DNA from: Vitrella brassicaformis CCMP3155 | Lineage: Eukaryota > Protista > Chromerida | NCBI GenBank assembly: GCA_001179505.1 | Contig: CDMY01000542.1 | Location: 124,001-188,000, forward strand | Direction of reading: 5' to 3' | Length of the DNA: 64,000 nt | Part shown: positions 12,611 through 32,068 of the stretch, piece after piece | Layout: the number at the start of each line of letters is the position of its first letter | Numbering within the stretch: the stretch's first letter is position 1 | The notes under the pieces: generated by a model | Database searches by the model: none | What the model was told of the DNA's origin: nothing | Seen by the model: the letters and a program-made list of their open reading frames with translations, nothing else | Program-made: the position numbers and the translations under genes

Positions 12611-15600
12611 ATGTACTTCCCACCGGCGTCTGTCCCTCCCCCGCAGGAATACCCGCCCATTCAGAAGGGATACCCGCCCATGCAAATGATGCCACGTGAG
12701 CCCCTCACAGCACACCGGAGGGGAAAGATCAGCTGCATGAATGCACTAAGTCTTGTGTGATCGGATGTGTCATCTCTGTGTTTGTGTGGCTGGTGTGTTC
12801 AGCCTACGGGGCGGCGGCGTATCACATTCCCCAGGCAGGCATTCAGCCCAATGCTCCACACGTCGCTCCCCAGATGTATATGCCGGTCTCCGCGCAGCCC
12901 TACCGGCCGCCAACGGTAACAACCACATACGCCAACGTCCCAACCATGTACCAGGGCGCCGCGCCTTACCCAGCGCACGGTGGGTGGATCTCCCTCCAGC
13001 AAGCGTGATGCACTCCCTCGCCCGTTAATATACATTCCTCGTCGTTTGTTCAGGTGTGGTGACTCATGCGCCGCACGTTGGGGGTGTGACGTATCGCGTT
13101 GTGGGGCAGGCGGAGGCGACGGGACCGAGAATCGTCAATGTTGGGCCGGTGGTGCCACTGGGTACCACTCAGGCACCGATTTCTCCTGCGGCTGGTACCC
13201 AGTGCCTGCATGAGAACACACGGTGCCAACTCATGGTTCTGATTCTTGCATTTTGTGCAGCAGTTGAGCCCCGCGGGATGATGTTGGCGTCTCAGGCTCG
13301 CCAGCGGCTGATTGAGCTCATCCGCAAGCCTGAGCTTCTGTATGATGAAGCAGTCAAGGTGAGAGGGGACGCAAACAAGAAGCCCTCGATGAATACCTCG
13401 TGTCTCCCTCCTTCACGCAGGCCTTCTATGAGCACGCCACAGCGCCCATGGCGGAGCCCCGCCGGCGCAGGTCGTCTCGTCGCGCATCTCGCGTCAAGGG
13501 GTATCGCAAGAGCACCGTCAGTGCCACCGTCCACAAGGCAGGGTCGCTGACGCTCAAGGTTCCGGAGGTGCAGGGCGGGGAGAACGGTGAGGATGACGAT
13601 GCCGACGAGACCAGCCCCAAGAGCGCCTGCAGTGGCCCTGCGTACGGCGAGTGGACAGAGAATGGCATGAGAAGACAGAGAACCGACCCTGGTACATACA
13701 CAAAAGAGACCACACAAAAGCGCGTTGATCACTGTTTGATGTGTTTCAACAGACGCGACCGAGGCGACGCTGCCCCCGTTGGGCCGGACGGTGAAGGTGA
13801 TGCGTCTGACAAGCGTGCCTGACCTCGCCCGCAGCCTGGCGCAGGACTTCCAGATCAGCGGCATCGATGAGGCGGAGTGGGAGAACCTGTTTGAGAAGTA
13901 CGATGAAGGAGACGTGGGTCAGCTGGACCTGGAGACCTTCAAGGGCTTCTTCCGCGACCTTTTGCTGCACATCCGCGACAAACACTTCGAGCCACAGATA
14001 CGGTAGGCAAACGGGGCGGACGTGAAAGGCAGCAGAGAAGGAGCATGTTGCGTTGTGCATGTTGTGTTGTGCATTTGTATGGCCGCTGTGTGTATGCAGA
14101 TTTCGTCGCGATTTCTTTTTCCCCAATGATCCATCGAAGCAGTCGATCGAGGCCACATACGACCTCCAAGAACAGATCGGGAGCGGCCGAGTGAGACGAC
14201 CGATTACTCCGTGTGACAAGCACATCCATGCCTGCTTCTCCTTTGTCTTCAGTTCGGTGTGGTCATCAAGGCCCGGCACCGGCAGAGCGGCGTGGTCCGC
14301 TGCGTCAAGAAGGTGCCCAAGTCGCACACCGCGCTGCCGCTCGAGTCCATTGTCCAGGAGTTGACCATCCTGAGAAAGCTGGACCACCCCAACATCATAC
14401 GCATGGTCGAAGCATTCGAGGTGAGTGAGTGTGGAAGGGACAGACAGAGACATGCATGGACCCCACCTCTCTCTCCCTCACACAGATGATGTGCTCAATG
14501 GATGGATTGATGAGTGCAGGACGCCACGCATCTGTATCTGATGTTTGAGCTGTTTGAGGGCAAGGAGCTGCTGACAGAGATTCTTGAGAGAGCGCCCAAG
14601 GAGGACTCCCCCGAGGGCGGTGGCAGCTTCACCGAGACGGAGGCGGCGCAGATTCTCAAGAGCATACTCAGCGCTCTAGCACACTGCCACGAGAAGAGAA
14701 TCATGCACAAGGATCTCAAACCAGGCAGGAGACCAGATGCAGAGACACCAGATGGACACCATTAATGGTGCTGTCTATCGTCGTGTGTGGGTCTTGCAGA
14801 GAACGTGATGATACTGCACGATCCCAAGAGCGTTGAAAAGGCTGGAGGTACGGCAGTAAGTAAAGATGTGTGTGGGATGGCCACACGCATGGCAAACAGG
14901 CTCGTCTCTACGTGTGTGTGTGTGTGTGTGTGTTGTCAGGTAGTTTGAAGATCATCGACTTCGGTCTTTCAGAGCTGTTCACGCCCGAGCAGTTCTCCTC
15001 TGTCATCGCGGGCACACCTTACTACATGGCGCCTGAGGCAAGACACGAACACTCCGACACAAGACAGGCCACACGCGCATTGCATTGATTCGTTGCTTGA
15101 TGTGATGCTGTATGTGTGTGTCCCGTGCAGATGTTCATGCGTCGGTACAACTACAAGTGCGACATGTGGAGTGTGGGTGTCATCCTCTACATGCTCCTCA
15201 CCTCCTACCTGCCCTTCAACGCCTCCAGTCAGGCAGAGTACGCCGAGGTCGTCAAGACCAAACCAGTGCCCTTCCCCGCCAACCTCTTCGACCACATCTC
15301 CATCGAAGCAAAGGACCTCATCGGCAAACTACTGCAGAAAGGTCCATGCACCCGTGGCAAAGACACTTGCACGGAGCGGTGCACGCCTCCCCTCCCTCCC
15401 TCCCTCCCTGTTTGTGTGTCCTTTGTTTGTTATCAGATTTCCATCGTCGGCCGAGCCCCAAGCAGGCGCTGCAGCACCCGTGGTTCCACAAGTTTGCCGG
15501 CGACAAGGACCGCCAGGCGTCGAGAAAGGCCTCCATGAGACGGAACCGCATCGACTCGGCACTCTTCCAATCGTTCGCAAAGGTAGGTAGCTGCACACAC

Positions 15601-16368
15601 ACAAATAAACAAACAAATAAACAAACAGACAAACAGAAAAGACACGAAGGGAAGACCGACACGGATGATGCCTCCCCCGTGTCTCTCCCTCCGTCCTTTA
15701 CAGAAACCGATGTTTCACCGTTTGTGTGTGAATCTTTTGACGCCTCATTTGGACTACACGTCCATCAGCCGTGCGCCCGACGTGTTCAAGGCGCTGGACA
15801 TCGACCACGACGGCGTGCTGTCCGAGCAGGAGATATCTGAGGCGCTGAGCGAGCTGGGCATGAGCGAGGCCGAGATCCCTATGGTGGTGGACAAGCTGGA
15901 CATGGCGCAGAGCGGAACCATCACCTACTCGGAGTTCACCGCCATACTCGCATCTGCCACACTGCACAAGTTCAAAGACAGACTGCCTATGGTCTTCACA
16001 CAGGTACGTACCTTTCCGGATGGTTCGATGGATGGATGGATGTACCTTTTCCGCCTTCGATGGAGGGATTAGAGGAGACACACACGAGAGATAGCTGGTT
16101 ATTCGCGTGTCTCTTGTGTTTGCAGTTTGATCGCGGCAACAAGGGCTATCTGACAGAGGACGACCTGATCATCCTGCTGAGCAGCCGCGCCATCGAAATG
16201 GACGAGCAGCAGTCCCCCACCCACGCGGGCCACGCCCAAGCGGCGTCTAGTGCTTCAGTGCCCAAGGCCCCCGAGATAGTGCTGCGTCAGATTTTCAAGG
16301 AGGTCGACACCGACGGCGACGGCCACATCACCTACCAAGACTTCGAGCACTACCTCATCCACACATGA
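12611..16368 (+). CDS. CDPK6: Calcium-dependent protein kinase, CDPK6-like architecture (Pro-rich N-terminus, N-terminal EF-hand, kinase, four C-terminal EF-hands)
   Basis: EQIGSG, VRCVKK, KLDHPNIIRM, HKDLKPEN, IIDFGLSE, GTPYYMAPE; EF loops DIDHDGVLSEQE, DMAQSGTITYSE, DRGNKGYLTEDD, DTDGDGHITYQD; upstream EF-like YDEGDVGQLDLETF. Orthology is inferred from architecture. Confidence 0.88.
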
Positions 16369-17480
16369 CATCACATGCCACGCCACCGACCTGTTGCTCT
16401 GCTGCTCTTATCTGCTCTGATCTGATCTGACGAATGAAGCAAGGATCGCTGTCTGTGAGAGACGGGATAGGGAGGGAGGGAGACGGGGAATCAAATCATG
16501 CAGGGGGGCTTGACTTGACCTGGCCCGTGCCGTGGGTGGTCATCATTTTTGGATGAGTGCTGGACTTGCAAGGGAGAGAGGGGAGGGAGGGAGGGAGGGA
16601 GGGAGGGAGGAACACACACGTCTGCCCGCGTCGTCAGTGCACAGAGGGGAAGAGGGAGGTTTGCTGGAGCAAACAAACACCGACAGATGGACGGGGCGAG
16701 AATGTCGCCTGACTGCCTGCCTGCCTGTCTTATTTCCTTCCTGCCTGACCTTCTTTGTCATGGGATGGTCTGACGAATGGATGGATGGACTTGTTCAAGA
16801 CATGAGTTGCGTACGGTATAAGGCGCTGCGGTCGGTCGGTCGATTCACATGCATCTCGTTAGTGAGTGCAGCCAATTGGTCGCTCAAAAACATGCAGGTC
16901 TCGATGTCTGGACAGCTCGATGTCGTCACATCACCAGTTTGAGCACCAGGAAGAAGACAGACAGACAGACAGACAGACAGGCACCGTCACTCTACATGCC
17001 CCCTCCCTCCATCACTGCACAAGGGGGGCGTACACATGCGTACAGAGAGACCAGGCACACACTCCTCCCGTCCTCTGCTGGATGATCAATCACCGTCACA
17101 AGCTGCAGCGGCTCCGCCCATGACTCTGGACCGAGCCCTCAGCAGGTCACGACGGAATGTGATCACCCACCGGAGAAACGAGGACACAAACACCAGAACA
17201 CTTAATGTCTGTGTTCTATCTATCCCACTAACGTACATAATGCGTGTGGCTTTGCTGTTGCTGACTCCTGCTTTCCTGTGCCCACTCTGAGACCACCGAC
17301 CACCCAACACGAGCCGATGCTCGCCCGAGCCACCCAGACAGGGCATCCATCAAAAGCAAGGAGCATTAAACCAGCCACCACCCTTAAGTGTAGAGAGAGT
17401 AGCATCGCCAACCAGCAGCACCAGCAGCATCAGCAAGTGAAAAATCGCCACTCCGGCCTGTTGGTCCGTCCGTGCGTCGG

Positions 17481-17723
17481 TCACCGCTGCCTCAGCTGCC
17501 TCAGGGTGGTCAGCGCCCGCTGCAGTGCTGTCCTGATCCTTAGAGAATACTCGCGGATCCGCTGCATCTCGTCTTCAGACAGGTGCTGCTGGCCACGTGC
17601 GAGGGAGGGGTAAGCCAGAGGGGCATTGGGGGTGGCGACGGGCGTCGAGGGCGGACTGGTGGGAGGGCCAAACAGGGAGCTGGATGGCCGCACGCGCGAG
17701 GCCACATCGGCAGTTTGCGACAT
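17481..17723 (-). CDS. Small hypothetical ORF or exon (Pro/Ser-rich then helical)
   Basis: MSQTADVASR...LSEDEMQRIREYSLRIRTALQRALTTLRQLRQR; no recognised homology. Confidence 0.25.
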   Translation of the reverse strand: MSQTADVASRVRPSSSLFGPPTSPPSTPVATPNAPLAYPSLARGQQHLSEDEMQRIREYSLRIRTALQRALTTLRQLRQR

Positions 17724-18154
17724 CTCCACACGACACCTCTAGTTCACTTCGCTTCTCTGCGCGAATCTCAGCGATGCGTTTCACGCATGCGAGCTCTCGA
17801 GTTTGTGACAGGCTTGGGTTTGAGAAAGAGCGATGAGGGCAGCTTAACATAACTGGCTTTCTCTGCAGAATCCTTGTTGGCTGTCCTCGGCCCTGCCTCC
17901 GATCCTTTCGTCCGTCCCATCCACTTGGTGCCATCCCACGGTGCTGTTGCCTGTGTCTGCGGCCTCCGAGTGCTCCAGCGGAGCCCTGACGATGCTCTGG
18001 TGACGTCCAGCGGCTTCCTACGCGGGCCACGTCACTCGCGCGTCTCTTCAAAAGGGAGATTGACGCAGCAATCACGCCTACAGCCTCGATGTGAGCATAC
18101 CAACGATCAGCAAGACGCCGAGCATCGTGCTGCTGCACCTGCACACCGGTGACG

Positions 18155-24560
<6,406 letters not shown>

Positions 24561-25965
24561 TCCTTTTGCTGCTGGTAGTGGGCTAGTGGGCCGGGCCTTG
24601 TCGAGCAGCTTTTTGCTTTCTGAGGGAGGGAGAGAGGGATGGCGGGAGGGAGGGATATGCTTCGGGCATGGTTTATTCAAGATTGCTGCTTGCCTGTCTG
24701 TCGGTTCATCGACAACAATCGCGCCCGTGTGCTTTTTGGGCGCGGCGCCTGTGTAGCTGCTGCATACCATACTCACCATCTACTCTACTCACCACTGAGT
24801 CGTGCACTGCACGAGAGATGAGAGACCAGAGAGGAAGGGAAGCCAAGTGCTGCTGATCGGATGGCCATTATGCATGGCAATGCGTGCCGCTTTCTATGCG
24901 CTCGTAGAGAGAAATCACGCCCACTACCACTACCACCCCTCGCCGCCCACACACATAGACAGACACGCGTGTGTGTTGCACTCGCCTGCCGTGCCGTGGT
25001 AACCTAAAAAATTGTACCTCTGCCTGTTGTGCCTCTGTCTTGGTGTGTGTGGGCCGATGATAATACCGATGATCGATCAAGGTATTTTTGCGTCGTGCCT
25101 GCGGTGTGCCGTGTGCCTTCATGGGTCTGTCTGCCTGCCTGTCTGTCTGCGTGGTGTGGCGAGGGCGGACCTATTCATTCAGCTACGCACCACCAGAGTG
25201 CGTCGTGAGCCATGGATGCATGCGTGTGATTTGCCTGCGTGGAGGCCATGCAGAGACATACTGACCCATCCACGCAGAGCTTTTTTCGATGTATACAATA
25301 TCCATACACCTACCAGTGTACGTACCGGAAAATCTTCGTGTCAGTCAGCATGCTATACACCCTCGTGGGACACCTCCATTTCCGGGTGGCTGTCCGCCCC
25401 TGCCTCCCCGGCCTCCTTCAGAGCCTCCAGAGCCTCCAGAGGTGCCTGAAATTTACGGGATCGCGCGAAAAGCTCGCTTGTGTCTTTGGGGAGAGGGTGA
25501 GTCGGCATTGCATTAGTAGTGTGTCCAGTACTTGGAGTTTGTGAAGCGGCCTGCAGCGAGTTTCCTCTTCTCCTGGCGTTCTTCATCCTCGTTGCCCAAA
25601 TCCTCGAGGAGCCGTCCAGCATCTTCTTTGCCCTTTGAAGCACTTGCTGCAGCGGAATAGTGAGCAGCACCGCCATCGGCTCTCGCCAGGTACAGAGGAA
25701 AATCGGGGCACAATTAATAATGGGCCACTCCGTCAGTTAACTGACTTGGCCGCAGGGAGGTTCAAGTTGAAGAGAGGAAGATCTTTGCCTACGGTGTGCC
25801 TGGAGCTGCATCCTCAGTTTACCCCCCACACCAGCCCCTTCAGCAGCTGCACTTTTGTCCGCTGCCCGCTCTTTGTTTGACCGGCGATCTGTCTGATGGC
25901 CATCTGAGCTCGAGGCATCGACAGCCGATTCCCTTGAGTTTGGATGCACCGGCAGCCGCTTTGAC

Positions 25966-28900
25966 ATGCTGCCGTCCTGCGCTGCGCCATCCCATCCCCC
26001 AGCTCCACCTACTCCGCCTGCTGTCCTCTCTCTGGGTGGCCACACAAAGTCAGCAGCAGGCTTTAGCGCGCCACCAGCTCTCAGGGCTGCCGCAGCGGGA
26101 TCGGGAGAATGTCAGCAGATAGGGTCGGTGCAGCAGGCTCCCAGCGGCATCATGCCGCCGCTTTCTGAGGGTTTTGGAGACGAGGACGCGCTGCGGCGAT
26201 CCCTTTCTGTGCCGTCGTCGCCCAATCCCCCCAAGTGGGTGCAGAACCTTCAGCAGGTGTGTCGGCAGGTAAGGAGCCCCCAGACCGGTGCGGCCAACCC
26301 CCCTGACGACCCCAATCCCTTTCCTGTGACGACGGCTGACGGATCGGCCGGTGCGGGCAATGAGTCATATGCCTTCACAAACGGGTTCGCGCCGCGTTCG
26401 GACATGATCAGTGGGAGGCAGGCCGGGTCTGTCCAGCCTGACGTGGCCCCGGTCGTGTCCTCCCGGCCTGCAGTGAGCCACCAGCCATTCTCGTCGATCG
26501 CCCAGCTGCAGGCGTCGATCCCTCCTGCCAGTGTGCCGTTTGGGGGCCTTTGTGTGCCTGTGCCTGTGGTGGGGGGCGGTTTGTGTGCTGGACGGCCGGT
26601 GCCTGAGAGCCCTGAAGTCAAGAAGGAGGAGGATCGTGAGCCGATGGACGTGTCGGTCGTCCCGGAGCGGCCAGCGGCAGACGACGCCAGGGCTGACGAG
26701 ACCGACTCCTCCGACAACTCGGCGGCCCCCCTGTGTCCCTTCCCCCTGCCTCTGCCCATCCGTGTCCCTCCCCCAGCGCGCGGCACAGTCGTCTACTCCA
26801 GCCACATTCCCGCACTCCCTCCCTTCAGAACCATCCCCGACATCGCTGACGATCCCGTCATGACTTCTACCTCTCCCCACTCTGTGGGTGCCAGTGACCA
26901 CCTCAAGGGCGTCTCTCCCGGCCCACCCAGCCAAGAGGACCTGGACAAGATGGAGAGGCTGGAGCGGATGATGGCCCGTGCGCGGGTCAACATGCTGAGG
27001 AGGCAGGGGGTGGCGCTGCCGCCCGCTGAGGAGACCGACACGCACACCGGCAGCAAAGATGCCCGTGACAATAAGCTTCCCGGCACCGGGGAGAATAGGG
27101 GCATGCGGCCGGTGGGGCAGAAGCAACAGATGCGGCAGCAGGAGCAGCAGCCCAAGCAGAAGCCAGACATGTCCGCGAGAAGGCTCACCAAAACCGCTCC
27201 CAACACCGGCGCCATGTGCGAGCGACCCAACACACGTGGCGCCGTGAGATCATCGGGCCATCAGCTGCTGAGCGTCCCGCCCGCCGCAGCCCGATCTCGC
27301 TACCTCAGCAGCCGCAGGGGCGTCACCCTTCCCTCCCGCTTCCACCTGACGGCCTCCCGGCAGCCGAATCGGTCCATCCTGGTGCGCCGATCGCTCCCTG
27401 TGCCGGCAAGGAAGCCGATGGTGGGGTGGGAGACCGACACAACACCAGACAGACACGTCACCGACATCCTGGAAAAGGCTGCAGCTGTGAGGGAGGTGGT
27501 GGGAGAGGTCGTGGGGCAGCAGCAGGCGGGCAACGGCGAGGCCGACGCCCAAATGAGGCCAACTGCCGGCTCGCCTTTGCCGGCTGTGCCTGAGAGTGAG
27601 CCTGATGCCGGTGCCGAAGACGACGATGAGGAGGACAAGCCCCTGCTGCCCAAGAAAAAGGCCAAGAAGCGGCCGCCATCCTCACCACCAACCACCCTTC
27701 CAGCACTGCCGCTGCCCGCGGCGGTCAAAGAGGAGCCCGAGAGCCCCCCGGCGTCAGCCAAGGCGCCGGAGAGCAGCGTGGCCATGTCGTGGTCGAGTGG
27801 TGCGTACGAGAGATCGGAGCTGACGAGTGCGATCGCATCGAGGGGATGGAAGGGGTGGAGTTATGTTGAGGATGCCTACGGGGACTGGTACGGGAATGAG
27901 GAGAGCAGTGAGGAGACGGACTTCGGTGTCCCCAATCGGGTGCAGTGGGAGGTCCGGGCGCTGCTCAGGGGCACGTCAGACAGCGACAACATCGATCGGT
28001 GGGTGAGAGAGATAGTCACACACACACACGGGGGAGCACACAGAGATCTATCCCTTTCACGTGTGCGGACCGTCCGTGTGCCTCTCTCATCTCTCTCGTG
28101 CAGTGCTAGCTTCCGCTTGAGTCTGCTGCGTATCGAGGCCATCCGTGTCCAGAGGTTCTCCATCGTCGTCCCTGGCGAGGTCCCTGACCTCCCCTCTCGC
28201 CTCGCCGAGATCCCCGACGACCAGCCACCCATCGTCCCATCTACAGAGGACCCTTCCAGCGCTGCCGCCCCGGCAGCCACGGACGGGCTGGTCATGCGCG
28301 AGCCGATCGACAGAGACACGCCACCTGCAGCGATGACGGTGCAGGACGTGCTGATAGACGCCCAGCCGTGCTTGCCGCAAGTCAAGGCTGAGCCCATGGA
28401 CGCCGATGGGCCGGCTGCAGACGAAGGGCCGCCCTCGGCAAGGCCAGAGGCCCATGATGAGGGGCGCATGGAAGGTGCCGGGGAGGAGAGGGCGGGCGTG
28501 GAGGGCGTTGGGGTTGAGGGGGCGGCTGGGGATGCTCCCGTGGCCATGGAGGTATGGCCGCCCGATGCTCCTGTAGCGACAGAGCACCCCACACAAGACG
28601 CGCAAGACGACCAAACGGCTCAGAGGGCCACGCAACAGGAGGAGGCGGCACACAACCATGAGGGGGCCAAAGGCACGGAGGACGAGCCGATGCATGGCCA
28701 AGATCGACATGACGACCATCAGCACGAGCAGCAGCCCCCCACCCCCAACACCGGGCCCAAGGACGAGAGCCTTGCCGTTCGGGTGAAGTGTGAGCCTCTG
28801 GATGAGATCAAGGCCGAGCAGCCGATCGACAAGTCCCACCCGAGCGACACCAACGACAACCCTCTGAAACGGCCGCCCGACGAGACCCCCAGCCCGTCCC

Positions 28901-29236
28901 CCGACCCCAAGCGCCCCCGCAGCGACGCCGTTGGTGGTGGAGGCGAGCCGCCAGGCACGGCGGCGGGGTATACATTGTCTGGCGGCCGTGTGGCGCCGAT
29001 GGAGACCGATGAGGGAGGGAGAGGGGGAGGGGTGGGGGGTGAGGGGGTCGGTAGTGACGATGAGGAGACGCTGCAGCTGCGACTGTTGGTGGCCAAGCGG
29101 AAGAAGAGGGATGCCAGGGGCAGTGGGGGCGGCAGCCCGGTGCAGCCGCCTAGGATACCCGAGAGGAGGGAGGGGCCGCCACCGCCCAAAATGAAGGTCG
29201 GTACGGTGGGGAGCCACCCACCCATCCATCCATCCA

Positions 29237-29272
<36 letters not shown>

Positions 29273-30578
29273 TCTGTAGGTGGAGTATCCTAGCGAGCAC
29301 CACAATTTCAACTTGAAGGAGTACTACTACTTGTTGGACGGCCCGGCGGTGGAGCGTTCGCTGCGGCTGGCACTCAACCCCACCTTTCAGCGGTCAATCG
29401 GGGAGGACTACTTCGACAGGTCAGTCAGTCAGTGAGGGACTCCGCTCATGCCATCCATCCATCCAACTCGCTCCCTCTCCCTTTCACTGTGGGTGTGTGT
29501 ATGTGTCAGTGTGCCTGATTTGTCGCCCATCAGCCTGGCGCAGTGGTGCCCCACTGTCTTCTGGAACGTCATACGACTGGGCGGTCCCAAAGTAGACGAG
29601 GTACTCAGAGAGGGATGGAGGGAGGGAGGAAGGTATTGCGCACAACAGACACACGTGTGTGTGCGGGTGATATGTGTGTGTGTGGATTTAGTTTTTGGCG
29701 ACGTTGGTTCCCACGAGCAGGACGGTGCGTCGCCGGCGCAACCAGTCCGAGCGGTTCAGGCAGCACCAGCAGGAGATGAAACAACACCAGCTCGAACAAA
29801 GACGACGCAAAGACAGACAAGAGTCAGTACTTAACCGCCCCCGCCCCTCTCACCCACCCCATCAGCCAAACCACAAACAATCACCATGGTCATTTTTTTT
29901 ATCTCTTTTGTGCCCGCGTGTGTGTGTGTGTGTGTTTGTGTGTCAGGGAGTTCCGCGCGCAGTACGAGCAGCGTCGCGAGGAGCGTCATGAGCGGGAGCT
30001 GCAGAGGGCCGAGAGGCTCAACGCCCACTTCGACAAGTACCTCCAGAAGCTCGCCAAACGCGGCAACAAAGGGCGCAAGAAGCCAAAGGACACCGCCACG
30101 GCGGCAGCAGCAGCATCAGCACCAGCAGCACCAGACACGGACAAAGACAGAGAGGGACCCGCTGCCTCACCGGCCAACACACAAGGGTGGGGATAGAAAG
30201 GCCAGACATCGATGGCATGTATGTGTATGTGTGTGTGGTGGTGTGTGGCGTGTGATCCATCCAGCGGGGAAGATGATGCGGCTGGTGCTGCTGCTGAGGC
30301 GTCGCCGGCCAACGGGTCCCAGGGCTCCAACGGCTCGGGCAGATCCAGACGGTCAGCCAGTCAGGCGCAATTGACCACACACACACACATCCCCCCTGCA
30401 TGCACGTGCGTGGGTGTGTGCAGGATGGCGCCCCACTACGGCGCTCCGACGACCGACACAGAGAAAGAGCAGCTGGTGGCCTCATGCCTCGAACCGGACG
30501 GCAGGATCAAGTCGGTCACCATGGAAGGAAGCACACCCCACCCACCACACACATATTCGCCAGCATGAATGATGACGC

Positions 30579-30615
<37 letters not shown>

Positions 30616-31660
30616 TCCGTCCCTTCAGGAGGTCTCTGACTAATTTGTCGAGTTACGCGAGGAACGTCGTGTACCGCACTTGTCTGGAGAGGGGCATCCG
30701 GGCCCCTGTGGTCGTCAAGTACGACCGCGACACAGGACGGTGAGTGACTGAGCGAGTGAGCCGCCACACACAGCATCCACACACAACACACAACACAGAA
30801 CACGCATCTGCGCCGGTGTCGGTGTTGTGCCCTCCGAATGGTGCAGTGGCATATTGGCTGGCAAGGACATCCACAAGGACGACTTTGTCTTCGGTGTGTC
30901 GGCTACCCTAGCCTACCTTTGCCACACAGCCAGCCCCCAACGCACATACGCAATCTCGTGTCTGTTTGTCTGCGTCACATTCCTTCATTCATTTACAGAG
31001 TATCAGGGCGAGTTGATCCCGCAGACCGTCGCCGCCGAGCGCGAAAAGACCTACGCCACACAGAGAAAGGGGTACACACTTTCTCTCACACACACAGGGG
31101 GAGGGAGCCACTAGTTATGGTGTCTCTCTCTCTCTCTCTGTGTGTGTGCCGTGTGTGTGTGTGTGTGTGTATGTTTAGGTGTTACATGTATTACTTTGCG
31201 TTGAACGGCAACTGGTGCATCGACGCCACGAGTGAGCAGTACAGCCACACGTGGGGGCCCGGCAGGCTCGTCAACCACTCCAAACAAAGACCAAACCTAC
31301 TCAGCAAGGTCAGTCAGACTATTCATGCGACAGACAGCCAAGACAGCCGCGCTTGTGTGTCTGTGTGGGTCTGTGTGTGTGTGTGTGTGTGTGTTGTGTG
31401 GCATCCGTGCAGTCGTTGACGGACACCAACGGCACCCCTCGGGTGTTCTTTGTGGCCAAGGAGGACATACCCAAGTAGGCCTCCTACGTGTGTGCGCAAT
31501 GGATGGATGGATGGATGGATGGGAAACAACACGCGCACAGAGGGACGGGCGCGATGTTTGTGTGTGTGTGTGTGTGTGTAGGGGTGCCGAGTTGCTGATC
31601 GATTACGGCGAGACGAACCCGCGGGTGCTCGAGGCCAACCCCTGGCTCGTCAACACGTGA
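25966..31660 (+). CDS. SET8: SET8/KMT5A-type histone H4K20 methyltransferase with very long disordered N-terminus
   Basis: C-terminal exons: EYQGELI, CYMYYF, CIDATSE, GRLVNHSK, FFVAKEDIPKGAELLIDYG, NPWL; exact start uncertain. Confidence 0.87.
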
Positions 31661-32068
31661 TACATATATACCAGACACACACATCCATTGTGTGGCTGTC
31701 TGTGTGGATGGATGGGAGAACAGACGTGTGTGTGTGTGTGTGTGTGTGACTGCATTGCCTTGCCTTGTTCTCATGTCCGTGTGGTGAGTAAACACTGCAC
31801 AGACACACCCAGAAGCTCAAGCACTCTCTCCGGATCGTGTGGGTACCATTAATACACTCACTACACGCACACTGGTCGTGTCTGGTGGGTGTGCACGTGG
31901 GTGTGCATGTCTGTGTCGCACAAGGCAGCCCTGCCTTTCATCTCATCAGTGTATGCGCGTCCCATACAAAATGAGTCCCACCCATGGATAAGACAGCAAC
32001 GTCAGTCAAGCACCGACAAGCTCACGTACAAATCTTTCTTCGCCACCCCCTGTCTGTCTGTCTGCCCT

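Noticed and set aside
25353-25713. Two overlapping small minus-strand ORFs (MAVLLTIPLQQ..., ...TNSKYWTHY)
   Set aside because: Could not choose a frame or build a consistent spliced model; no homology. A small gene is not excluded.
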